Of a stretch of 64,000 bases of DNA, positions 39,280 to 48,538 are shown piece after piece. The notes beneath the pieces are model-generated. The model had not been told where the DNA came from. It saw only the letters and a list, made by a program, of their open reading frames with translations, and searched no databases. The stretch's first letter is position 1; each line of letters starts with the position of its first letter. The translations under genes and the position numbers were made by a program. This DNA comes from an archaeon. GTDB lineage: Archaea; Nanobdellota; Nanobdellia; Woesearchaeales; GW2011-AR9. The stretch is from NCBI GenBank assembly GCA_002688265.1, contig NZCK01000007.1, forward strand, positions 104,739 to 168,738, read 5' to 3'.

Positions 39280-40461
39280 ATGGCAAAAGATGATGATAAG
39301 AATAAACCTAAATCAATTCTTGATAGAATAAAGATTCCTGGAACAGGTTTTAGTCCAGAATGGTTTAGAATTTTAAATATTGCACATGCGTTAACACCAG
39401 GAATGAGTTCAATAAATAGTGGGCACAGTGACCAAGATCAAGTTGGTGATGGTAAAGAGCCACAATATGGATTGGGCGATGGAACCAAAAAATATGAAGG
39501 TATGTTTCTTTCACAAAAATCGGTTGCAGAACCTGCTTGGAGTGATTTTGGAGGACCAATTAGAGATCACGAAGGTCGAATTTATGAGAACGAATTGCCT
39601 TTGAGTGCAGATGTTATGGAAGCTTTTGAAAGAGCAAGAATATTACAAGAACTGGGAGCTTTACAAGGAGAATTAGAACCAAACTATAGTGAAAGTAAAT
39701 TTGTTGATCCTATGATTGGTTTTGAAGATCCAAAACAGAGATGGAGAGAAGAACCAGAAGAAAAAGGGGACTTGAAATTATTATTAATTAAAAAACCAGA
39801 TAGAGAAAATTTTTCTTTTCCAATTATAAAAGATTTGTTAGGAAATCCTAACATAATCAATGAGAAAATGACTCACAAGATTCTTCCATCAGAAGAAGGA
39901 TTTAGAGATAAACGACCCTTAGGAGGTATTCCAAGTATTGAAAAACATGTGTTTGGAACAAATCTTGCTCCAACTAAATACGAATTTAAAGTAAGACCTG
40001 CTGATGCTCCTGAAGATGCACCTTATGATATAGCAGTTGTAGAACTAGCAAATGATCAAGGAAGTTATTTTTCTGGAAAATTGCCCATTAATCAACATAA
40101 AGCTCAAAAAATTTTAGAAAGATTAGGATTTGATGTTCTAGAAGAAGATAATCCAACCGATTATTTAGGAAGAAATACAAGTATAAGGCAAGAATCAATG
40201 ATTAATATTGTAAGAAATCCTGATGCAGAAAAAAGTTACTTCTTAAGAGAAAGAGTTAATGAAGAATCAGTTTCTGTGGATGAATTGAAACTTAAAAAAC
40301 TAGACACAGAATTATATGGTCCAACAGTAGATTTTGTAGATATTCCAAGAGAAGTTGGAAGCGATGAAGCTAACGTTGTTTATATTAGGGAATTATTTGT
40401 AACTGAAGCAATTCAACGCTCATATTCTGATTTTGAAATAACTATTCCAAAAAAATTCTGA
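39280..40461 (+). CDS. Hypothetical protein
   Basis: 393-aa ORF, no recognised motif. Confidence 0.6.
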   Translation: MAKDDDKNKPKSILDRIKIPGTGFSPEWFRILNIAHALTPGMSSINSGHSDQDQVGDGKEPQYGLGDGTKKYEGMFLSQKSVAEPAWSDFGGPIRDHEGRIYENELPLSADVMEAFERARILQELGALQGELEPNYSESKFVDPMIGFEDPKQRWREEPEEKGDLKLLLIKKPDRENFSFPIIKDLLGNPNIINEKMTHKILPSEEGFRDKRPLGGIPSIEKHVFGTNLAPTKYEFKVRPADAPEDAPYDIAVVELANDQGSYFSGKLPINQHKAQKILERLGFDVLEEDNPTDYLGRNTSIRQESMINIVRNPDAEKSYFLRERVNEESVSVDELKLKKLDTELYGPTVDFVDIPREVGSDEANVVYIRELFVTEAIQRSYSDFEITIPKKF

Positions 40462-40532
40462 AAATAAATTATTTTATTTTTATTTTATGTTTTTTCTTTC
40501 ATTTTGTTATCTTCTCTTAAGTTTTTGATTTA

Positions 40533-40681
40533 AGCAAAGTCTTAGGCGACTGCCAGGCTGGACCACTACATTTTGCTTCACAGCGATTTTGTTTCTTGCT
40601 AAGGCAAAACAAAATGTTCGCAAAAAATCGCAGTTATTTCCAACACTCCAGCAAAGAGGCAAGCGCGCCTGTGACTTTGCT
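40533..40681. other. GC-rich fold-back intergenic element
   Basis: Nested stems AGCAAAGTC/GACTTTGCT, AGGCG/CGCCT, TGCC/GGCA, GCTGGA/TCCAGC, GCGATTTT/AAAATCGC. Confidence 0.75.
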
Positions 40682-40763
40682 GTTTAGAATTATTGTCTCA
40701 CCCACTTTAACCACCTAAAAATAGTTAGCGATGTTTAAAAACTAGAAAAGATGTATTTTATAG

Positions 40764-42110
40764 GTGGTAGAAGCAGAGAAAGTAGACCTATTTAGAATTG
40801 AAGGAGTTACAAAAGTCTACGGACAACAATTCATTTTCAAAAATATTAGTTTTAACATCAAATCAGGAGAAATTCTAGGAATTGTTGGAAAAAGTGGATC
40901 TGGAAAAACAACATTTCTAAACATGCTCGTAGGACTTACTAACCCAGATAAAGGAAAGGTGCTTTATCGAAATATCCACCTCATTAACAAAGACGATGAT
41001 GATGCTTACAGACCAGTGGTCAGCAATAACAAAGAGTTTAAAGAAATGTACAGCTTTGCTTCACAAAAACCTTCTTTCTATCCAAACTTAACCGCAATTG
41101 AAAATCTAAGATATTTTGGATCACTTTACAACATCCAAAAAAAATCTTTAGAACACAATGCTAACAGCCTATTAGAATTAGTAGATCTTACTTCAGCTAA
41201 AGATTTGATTGCAGCTAGAATGTCAGGAGGAATGCAGAGAAGATTAGATGTTGCTTGTTCATTAATCCATGATCCAACTGTTCTAATTTTAGATGAGCCA
41301 ACCTCAGATTTGGATTTGGTTTTAAGTAACAAAATATGGGATATCCTAAGAACTATTAATCAAAAAGGTACCACTATTATCATTGTAAGCCACAACATTG
41401 CTGAACTTGAACATCTTTGTAACAGGCTAATTATTCTTAAGGATGCAAAAGTCGCTGCAATTGGAAGTCCGGCAGAGATAAAAAGCAAACACTTAGTTGA
41501 AGAAAGTATTTACATTCATTCTAAACCAGGAAATTACAAAAAAGTAATGAGTAAATTAGGAAAGAAAGTTCTAAAGAATGTGGTTAATTGGCAAATAAAT
41601 GAACCTACACTAGTGGTTGATGCTACCAATACAAGCGATGTTATCAAAGAATTGATGAAGGTTTTAGAAAAAGAGAAAGAGAAAATTATTGAAATCGAAT
41701 TACGTAAACCAAGTTTAGATAGAATTTTTGTGCAAATCGAAGAAAATCAATCCAAGACCTACTTGAAAAAGAGTGTAACAAAGAAAAAGAAAACAGTAGC
41801 TAAGAAGAAGAAGAAGAAGAAAGTTGCAAAACTAAAATCTGTTAAAAAGAAAACATCTAAGAAAAAGATAGTTAAGAATAAAACAATAAAAAAGGAAGAT
41901 GTGAAGAAAAAAGCCCTGAAAGAGACTGTAATAAAAGAGAATGAAGAAATTAAGGAAGATAAAGTTGATAAAATTGAAAAAGAATTGCCACCTAAAGTAA
42001 TAAATAAAGAAGAAAAAACCACAGAATCTGTAGAGGCAGCAGTAGAACAAAAACCAGATATTGATTATTTTCTTAGCACAGATATAAATAAAGAAGGTGA
42101 TCAGAAATGA
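40764..42110 (+). CDS. ABC-2 type ATP-binding protein with Lys-rich tail
   Basis: GKSGSGKTT, MSGGMQRR, LILDEPT, SH. Confidence 0.93.
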   Translation: MVEAEKVDLFRIEGVTKVYGQQFIFKNISFNIKSGEILGIVGKSGSGKTTFLNMLVGLTNPDKGKVLYRNIHLINKDDDDAYRPVVSNNKEFKEMYSFASQKPSFYPNLTAIENLRYFGSLYNIQKKSLEHNANSLLELVDLTSAKDLIAARMSGGMQRRLDVACSLIHDPTVLILDEPTSDLDLVLSNKIWDILRTINQKGTTIIIVSHNIAELEHLCNRLIILKDAKVAAIGSPAEIKSKHLVEESIYIHSKPGNYKKVMSKLGKKVLKNVVNWQINEPTLVVDATNTSDVIKELMKVLEKEKEKIIEIELRKPSLDRIFVQIEENQSKTYLKKSVTKKKKTVAKKKKKKKVAKLKSVKKKTSKKKIVKNKTIKKEDVKKKALKETVIKENEEIKEDKVDKIEKELPPKVINKEEKTTESVEAAVEQKPDIDYFLSTDINKEGDQK

Positions 42111-44083
42111 AATTCTTTTCTATACTACACAAAGATTTCAAATTAATCCTTCGAAGTAAATCTTCAGCTTTCACTGTTTTTATTGGTCCAGTATTAATTA
42201 TTGCATTAATCCTATTTGCATTTTCATCCTCAACAGATGAGATTAATTTCTCAATTGGAGTTGTAGATATCTCTTCCACTGAAGCCAGCACCCAAGATTT
42301 TATCCTTGAATTGGAAATTGAAGGATATACTATTATCCAATTTGAAGAATTAGATTCTTGTATTAGCCAGATGGAATCTTCAAATGTTAACCTATGTTTA
42401 GATTTTCCTAAGAATGAAACTGTAATTGACGTTGTTGATGTAGAAAATAACGAAACTGCAAGTAGTACTAAAAAACAAATCTCTTTTTATGTTGACCAAT
42501 CTAGAATCAATGTTGTTGAGTCTATTATCTTCACAGTTGGTTCTAACATTGAAGGGAAATCAGAAGAGATGACTGAAGAGAAAACCAAAGAAATTATTTC
42601 TGAGATCTCTACAAGAATCAGTATGATAAAATCTACTCAAGAAAATTCTTCTGAATTTGTAGATGTTTCTTTATCAGAGGAAATTAGTTCTACGGAAGAC
42701 CTTTCTGAATCTATTGCATCAGATGCCAGTTCAGCTAATAACGATTTAGATACTGCAAGTGATTATGGAGACACTAGCGAAGATGAAATTGGAAGCATTG
42801 ATACAGAATATACTGCTTTAGTTGCTGACTTAGATATATTAATGGAAATAATTGATGATCTAGATTTAAACGGAACTGATGAAGATGTTTACGAAGATGT
42901 GGAAGCACAAATGGATGGAAGTATTGCTACAAATATAAATGATTTAAGTGATTCAATTGACTCATTAAATGATGAAATTAACTCTGCTAGCAGTTCTACT
43001 GAAGATATCGGAGAAGACAATGCTGCCATTTTAGAAAATATAAATGAGATTGAAGAGATTATTTCAAGCCTTAGTTCTGATTTAGGTGTGATTTCAGATG
43101 AAGTAACTACTATTGCAGCCCTCACTGGACAAAATATTGAAAATGAATACGAGATTAGTATTAACGAAATTGTTTCTAGCTCAGACAAATCTTTGTTTAT
43201 GTTCCCTTATTATTTAGTGCTACTTATATTATTTGTAGGAATGATGCTTGGAAGTACACTAGTAGTTATTGAAAGACAATCCATGGCATTCTTTAGAAAT
43301 TATATTAGTCCAACTGGAAGTTTTATTCATTTAGCCTCTAGATTTACTGCTAATTTTTTGATTATTGCAATGCAAGTTGCCATAGTACTAACTGCAGTTT
43401 ATCTTTATCTTAAAATTCCATTCTTAGAAAACTATGCAGTTACTTTAACAATTTTATCTTTGACAATTGCTTTATTTGTATTTTTAGGTTATTTAATTGG
43501 TTACATCTTCAAAACACAAGAAGGAATTACAATTGCTATGATTTCATTCGGATCAATTTGTGCGTTTTTATCAAACTTAATTCTGCCAGTAGAAACTTTC
43601 TCTTCATCAATTAGAGGAGTTTTAATGTATAACCCTTACATGCTAGCAAGTGAAGTTTTGAAAAAAGCAATTGTATTTAACAGCAGTTTTATAGAATTGA
43701 ATTTAGAGATTATTACTCTCTCAAGTTACTTGCTGACTGTGTTTTTGATGGTGCTTGTTTTCCAGAGAATCTCTCTAACTAGTTTTTCTTTTAACTTAGG
43801 AAAAAAACGCGTGTTGAAAAGACCACACATTAGCCAAGATAAACACTTTGTTTTAGAAAATGGATTTGTTGTTGAAGACATTTCTAGTATGACAGAAGCA
43901 CTAAAAAGTATGGGTGCTGATGAATATCAAGAGTATGGTAGTGGTAAAAATAATGAGATTGCTCTTTGGATTAGTGATGTATTCAAAGAAAGAATACTGA
44001 CTTGGAGAATAAAAAGAGCGAAAACAAAAGCTGATGTGATAAAAGTGTTAGATACTTTTCTTGAGAAAAAGAAGAAGAAATAA
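42107..44083 (+). CDS. ABC-2 permease with large acidic extracellular domain
   Basis: One N-terminal and about five C-terminal TMs, NPY motif, ATGA overlap with ATPase. Confidence 0.85.
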   Translation: MKFFSILHKDFKLILRSKSSAFTVFIGPVLIIALILFAFSSSTDEINFSIGVVDISSTEASTQDFILELEIEGYTIIQFEELDSCISQMESSNVNLCLDFPKNETVIDVVDVENNETASSTKKQISFYVDQSRINVVESIIFTVGSNIEGKSEEMTEEKTKEIISEISTRISMIKSTQENSSEFVDVSLSEEISSTEDLSESIASDASSANNDLDTASDYGDTSEDEIGSIDTEYTALVADLDILMEIIDDLDLNGTDEDVYEDVEAQMDGSIATNINDLSDSIDSLNDEINSASSSTEDIGEDNAAILENINEIEEIISSLSSDLGVISDEVTTIAALTGQNIENEYEISINEIVSSSDKSLFMFPYYLVLLILFVGMMLGSTLVVIERQSMAFFRNYISPTGSFIHLASRFTANFLIIAMQVAIVLTAVYLYLKIPFLENYAVTLTILSLTIALFVFLGYLIGYIFKTQEGITIAMISFGSICAFLSNLILPVETFSSSIRGVLMYNPYMLASEVLKKAIVFNSSFIELNLEIITLSSYLLTVFLMVLVFQRISLTSFSFNLGKKRVLKRPHISQDKHFVLENGFVVEDISSMTEALKSMGADEYQEYGSGKNNEIALWISDVFKERILTWRIKRAKTKADVIKVLDTFLEKKKKK

Positions 44084-44488
44084 TCACTTATGATAAGGTT
44101 GATTCTTTTGTATTGAGAAAGCACGATATAATTGTTCTAAAAAAATTGCTCTAACTAACTCATTAGGGAAGGTCATATTAGATAGAGAGATTTTTTTGTG
44201 GACTTTTCTTAATGCTTCTTTTGGTATCCCGTTTGGTCCTCCGATTAAGAAAGTGATGTCTTTGTGATCCATAGTTGTTTGGTTTATGTATTTGGAGAAC
44301 TCTTCTGAGCTCAGTTGTTTGCCTGTGACTTCTAACGCTATTAAGTAGCCTTGAAGGTCTTGGTCTTTGAATTTGTCTGCGACTTTGTAATTGAATTTGC
44401 AGTGTTTTTTTAGTCTTTGAGAATAATCAGCAACTGCTGCTTTGACATATTGTTTTTTTACTTTTCCGATTGTTATAAGAGTTATCAT
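44084..44488 (-). CDS. rlmH: 23S rRNA m3-pseudouridine1915 methyltransferase (SPOUT)
   Basis: GKQLSSEEF, FLIGGPNG, SLSNMTFP, EQLYRA, PYHK. Confidence 0.92.
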   Translation of the reverse strand: MITLITIGKVKKQYVKAAVADYSQRLKKHCKFNYKVADKFKDQDLQGYLIALEVTGKQLSSEEFSKYINQTTMDHKDITFLIGGPNGIPKEALRKVHKKISLSNMTFPNELVRAIFLEQLYRAFSIQKNQPYHK

Positions 44489-44505
44489 TTTTGTTTAAAA
44501 GGAAG

Positions 44506-44577
44506 TGGACCTGTCGGGATTTGCACCCGAGGCCTCCGCAAAGCCAATGCAGCACTCTACTCCTGAGCTACAGGCCC
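44506..44577 (-). tRNA. tRNA-Ala(GGC)
   Basis: Acceptor GGGCCTG/CAGGTCC-A with G3:U70; anticodon loop TTGGCTT; T loop TGCAAAT. Confidence 0.85.
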
Positions 44578-44692
44578 ACAATGAGACTTGAAGTTTTGAA
44601 AGAGTATAAAAGGGTTTTGGGCACAAAAACACCACTGTATGCTCATTTAAGGGATAGAAACCTTTTTAAATAGGACTACGACCAAGGTGATT

Positions 44693-45235
44693 ATGGCAAG
44701 ATTACGTAAATTCGTGGGATACAGAGACTGGGAGAGACCATACACCCGTACTAGTAAATTCAACAAGAAAAATTATATTCGAGGAGGATTCCCTAACATT
44801 AAAATTGTTAAATACGAAATGGGAAACGTTCACGGAAACTTTGATACCACAGTTACACTACACTCAGATAGGAATCTGAACATCAGACACAATGCACTAG
44901 AAGCTGCTAGAATGACTAGCAACAAATACTTAGAATCTGCACTAGGAAGAAAAGGTTATCATCTAAAAATTAGAACATATCCATTCCATGTAATGAGAGA
45001 AAATCCACTTGCAAGCGGAGCTGGAGCAGACAGAATGAGCACAGGGATGAAGAAATCCTTCGGAAAAATTATTGGTGCAGCTGCACGAGTTAAAGATGGC
45101 CAAATAATCATGGAAGTTAAAGTTCCAAAAGCACATGTAAAAGTTGCTAAACAAGCTTTGAAAAGAGCATCTGCTAAATTTCCTTGTACAGGGAAAGTAC
45201 GAACTAACCCAACTAAACCTGTTGCAGCACAGTAA
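44693..45235 (+). CDS. rpl10e: 50S ribosomal protein L10e/uL16
   Basis: RHNALEAAR, YPFHVMREN, GAGADR..GM..SFGK. Confidence 0.97.
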   Translation: MARLRKFVGYRDWERPYTRTSKFNKKNYIRGGFPNIKIVKYEMGNVHGNFDTTVTLHSDRNLNIRHNALEAARMTSNKYLESALGRKGYHLKIRTYPFHVMRENPLASGAGADRMSTGMKKSFGKIIGAAARVKDGQIIMEVKVPKAHVKVAKQALKRASAKFPCTGKVRTNPTKPVAAQ

Positions 45236-45269
45236 AGAATTATTTCTTTTCATGTTTTATTGTTAATGA

Positions 45270-46124
45270 TTACTTTTTGATGACCTTATTTAATATTTCA
45301 TTAACATAAGAGAAATCAGAATTGTCAGTTAGAACTATATCAAAACTATTTAGATATTTATCTAATAATTCATTCTTTAATTCTGCCTTAAACTTATCAA
45401 AAAAAGCAATTGTGATTATTTCATTGTGTTCCAAACCCTCACTCATACCCAAATCACCCAAACTATCTCCTAACAATATAACATTCTTGCGATCTTTTAT
45501 GTCCGCTGCGTATTTTTTGTCTCTTAGAGCGTATTCGTTCTTACTAAATACAGTTATCAAAGGTTTGCTAAAACCAACTACTTCTTCTGATTTGTTTAAC
45601 ATAAATTGATTTGCAATTAAATGCATATTATCAAGCCACAACTTATGATGCTCTAAATGAGTCTTAATAATGTCCCCCAAACCAGAAGAAAAGACTAACA
45701 TAGGGATATTATACTCAGCTAATTTTTTTAGAAACATATCTGCATTGCTCCTTAATTGTAAACAAGGATCTATTGCTACTGCTTGCACTATCTTCATATT
45801 CATCCCATGCTCTAACATCAAACTCCAATTAGCTTCCCACCACTCTTGCATTTTTACTTTTTTTTCCTCTAAAGGAACGCAAGGATCAATTTCAATAGGG
45901 TGGTAAACATTGAATAGCCGAGATGACTCTTCAGTAAAACCACTTGAAAGATAATTTCCATCACGGATGCGAGAGTAGCTACTAGCAACTTTCTCTCCAT
46001 TGACAACCGGTTTGGTTAAAGTTCGATCAAAGTCAGAAATTACATGTAACTTAGTTGCTCCTGCTACCTGGATCTTTTGGATTTTTTCATTTACAATAGA
46101 AGGGTTGGGAATTAAAATTGCCAT
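45270..46124 (-). CDS. Pyrimidine 5'-nucleotidase (cN-III/UMPH-1 type HAD)
   Basis: L.VISDFDRTLT, YHPIEIDP...EEK...M.EWW, FSSGLGD, NVILLGDSLGDLGM. Confidence 0.88.
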   Translation of the reverse strand: MAILIPNPSIVNEKIQKIQVAGATKLHVISDFDRTLTKPVVNGEKVASSYSRIRDGNYLSSGFTEESSRLFNVYHPIEIDPCVPLEEKKVKMQEWWEANWSLMLEHGMNMKIVQAVAIDPCLQLRSNADMFLKKLAEYNIPMLVFSSGLGDIIKTHLEHHKLWLDNMHLIANQFMLNKSEEVVGFSKPLITVFSKNEYALRDKKYAADIKDRKNVILLGDSLGDLGMSEGLEHNEIITIAFFDKFKAELKNELLDKYLNSFDIVLTDNSDFSYVNEILNKVIKK

Positions 46125-46337
46125 GTTTCTTTATGGAAGAGAAGTTAGATATAATGTTTTTGGTGATTTTGAATGTTTTGTTTTTCTTTTTTGGCGCTGG
46201 TCAGGCTTAATCCACTCCAAACCAGTTCGCCTTGATTTTGCTTCTTGTTCCAAAGCAAAATACTCCTGGTTAATCAAAGTTATTTTCACTTGCCAGCAAG
46301 TGGACCAGCGCGCCAATACATGAAACTTTTTAGAAAC

Positions 46338-47252
46338 CTACTTCTTTTCTTTCTTCCAAATATCTTGATGCACATCCTGCAGACTAGCTTGAATCCAATC
46401 TAACTCCTTCACAGGTATTGGATGATCACCCTCTATTCTTCTGGCTATCTTTTGCACCAAAGCAATAGCCTTGTTCTCAACCTCAGCCTTATGCATCGCA
46501 ACAAAAGGTTGATCTGGTTTTTTCCTAAACCAAGAATGTCTCTTCGCTTGCCTCGCCGTCATCTTATACAAATTTTCAAAATCTTTAGCTACACTCTCAT
46601 GCCAATCTTGATGAGATTGCTTTTTGGATCCTCTCTTCGGCTCAGGAAGATCTCTTTTTTGATCAGAAGATTGATTTGGTAAATCTAAACTAGCTAAAGC
46701 AGCATCAATAGAATCTATCTGAGACTCATAAGATTTCTGACCAGGATCACGATAACCTTTCCGCTCAATTGCATTTCTTACCCACTTATAATGTTTCTCA
46801 AACTCATTTTGGTTTTCATTCTCTGAAGATTTAACAACTTCATCTAATTTAGTCTGCTCAGCTGTGATCATCTCCTCTTTACTTTGACTCTTAGGTTTTG
46901 GACTTTTATTACTAAACTGAGGTGCAAGATCTCCTCTTAACACTCTCAACTCTTCTTCAACTTCCGCCCACTCTTTCTCATAAGACCTAGTTGTGTTTTT
47001 AGTAACTTTCTTTTCAACTTTTTTTGGCCTAGTTGGCAGAACTATAGAAGGTTCTTTTGGCTTTTCAAAAATTTTTTCTTTCAAATCTGGATGCTCAGCT
47101 TTAGGCATATCTTTGACCCTACTATGAGTCATTGCTTCATGATGTTTTTTCTGAGCATGACGAATAAATAACCAACAAAAAACCAAGATAGATAACACTA
47201 CAACATGGGCTAGAAATAAAGTAATAATTAATTGAGTTGTTGGAAGTGCCAT
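46338..47252 (-). CDS. Hypothetical protein with N-terminal membrane anchor
   Basis: Hydrophobic aa 8-30, charged remainder; AGGTGA SD. Confidence 0.65.
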   Translation of the reverse strand: MALPTTQLIITLFLAHVVVLSILVFCWLFIRHAQKKHHEAMTHSRVKDMPKAEHPDLKEKIFEKPKEPSIVLPTRPKKVEKKVTKNTTRSYEKEWAEVEEELRVLRGDLAPQFSNKSPKPKSQSKEEMITAEQTKLDEVVKSSENENQNEFEKHYKWVRNAIERKGYRDPGQKSYESQIDSIDAALASLDLPNQSSDQKRDLPEPKRGSKKQSHQDWHESVAKDFENLYKMTARQAKRHSWFRKKPDQPFVAMHKAEVENKAIALVQKIARRIEGDHPIPVKELDWIQASLQDVHQDIWKKEKK

Positions 47253-47346
47253 CGTTCACCTTTTAGCTTATTAATAATAATATGATTAACGTACTTAAAG
47301 CTTGCGCCCAAATGGTTGAATTCAAATAATTATTATCTTAGAAAAA

Positions 47347-48309
47347 CTACCTTCTCTTACTCAAAATTTGCTCCCTTAACTTCTCAAAAGAAATAACTTC
47401 AACTTCAGGGAGAGTTTTTGAAAATTCACTAAACTGCTCCTTTGATAAGATATCTTGCTTACTCAAATAAGCAATTGTTGGCCTTTTCTTCTTTGCTTTC
47501 TGATAAAGTTTAATCTGATCTTTTAATGGAAAAGTCTCAGTGGCATCAAAAACATAAACTACTAAATTTGCTAGCTCCTCTAATACTAATTCTGCTTGAA
47601 GCTCTATTAGATTCATTTTTTCTTTCCTTGCAAGTGTTCCTGGAACATCTAAAACCTGAATTGCAGTTTCCTTCTTTGGACTTTCTCCATCCAAAAAACC
47701 ACAATTAATACTTTTTGTTGTAAAAGAATAAGCTGCAGTCTTAGCATTAGTCCCAGTTAATTTGTTAAGCAAAGTTGATTTGCCAACATTAGGAAAACCA
47801 TAAAGACAAACAGTAAAACGATCCTTAATATCAGGATAAGTTTTCATGATCTTTCGACACTCATTAAGATATTCAATATTATTTTTTATTTGCTTAAGAA
47901 CACTTGATACCCTTCCATAAAATTCCTTAGTCTGTTTTTGAATAGTTTCATATTCTCTGGCAGCACTGACTTTTTTACTGTAAGTTCTCTGAAAAAACAA
48001 AATTTTGCCTTCAGCCCAGTTTAAAGCAGCCAAAGATTTCTTTAAAGCACCAAGATCAAGAGTGAGGTCTATCAATTTTACATAGAATTCTGGTAAATGA
48101 TCAAAACTAGGAAAATCCTTCATACTCTTTCTTAGCCGAGACTGAATGTAACCTGCAGAGATGTCAATTTTTACTCTGCCTTTATCTCTTGCTCTTTCAG
48201 CAGGTTTACCCTTGAAATCTTTTTTTGTGACTTTCTCTCGCGCTTTCCTGAACGCTATATCTAACAATTCTTTTGGTGTTTCTACAGGAGGAATCTTCTC
48301 GAAGTTCAT
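47347..48309 (-). CDS. NOG1-family GTPase
   Basis: F.KIP.V, L..AF, FP....L.EFY, GFPNVGKS, Y.FTTK. Confidence 0.9.
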   Translation of the reverse strand: MNFEKIPPVETPKELLDIAFRKAREKVTKKDFKGKPAERARDKGRVKIDISAGYIQSRLRKSMKDFPSFDHLPEFYVKLIDLTLDLGALKKSLAALNWAEGKILFFQRTYSKKVSAAREYETIQKQTKEFYGRVSSVLKQIKNNIEYLNECRKIMKTYPDIKDRFTVCLYGFPNVGKSTLLNKLTGTNAKTAAYSFTTKSINCGFLDGESPKKETAIQVLDVPGTLARKEKMNLIELQAELVLEELANLVVYVFDATETFPLKDQIKLYQKAKKKRPTIAYLSKQDILSKEQFSEFSKTLPEVEVISFEKLREQILSKRR

Positions 48310-48361
48310 AAAGGTAAGAATTGTCTGGCTGTTTTATAATGCTTCGCTTTGAAAAAAGTAA

Positions 48362-48523
48362 GAGTAGAAGAAGATCTCACCTGTGGCTCGTTCGGGGCCG
48401 GACAAAATGCTTAATAGTTAACTAGAAGGTGCTGTGACCCGTAGGGTGCGACCCCCGCAACATACTCAAAGAAATTTGTGAAGGCATTTTGAGAATTGGC
48501 CCCCTCAACATCTTTTTCTACTC
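48362..48523. other. GC-rich fold-back intergenic element
   Basis: GAGTAGAAGAAGAT/ATCTTTTTCTACTC, GGGGCC/GGCCCC, CAAAATGCTT/AGGCATTTTG, ACCC-gta-GGGT. Confidence 0.75.
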
Positions 48524-48538
48524 ACCTTAATGAGAACT

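Noticed and set aside
44491..44673. 60-aa ORF
   Set aside because: Antisense to tRNA-Ala
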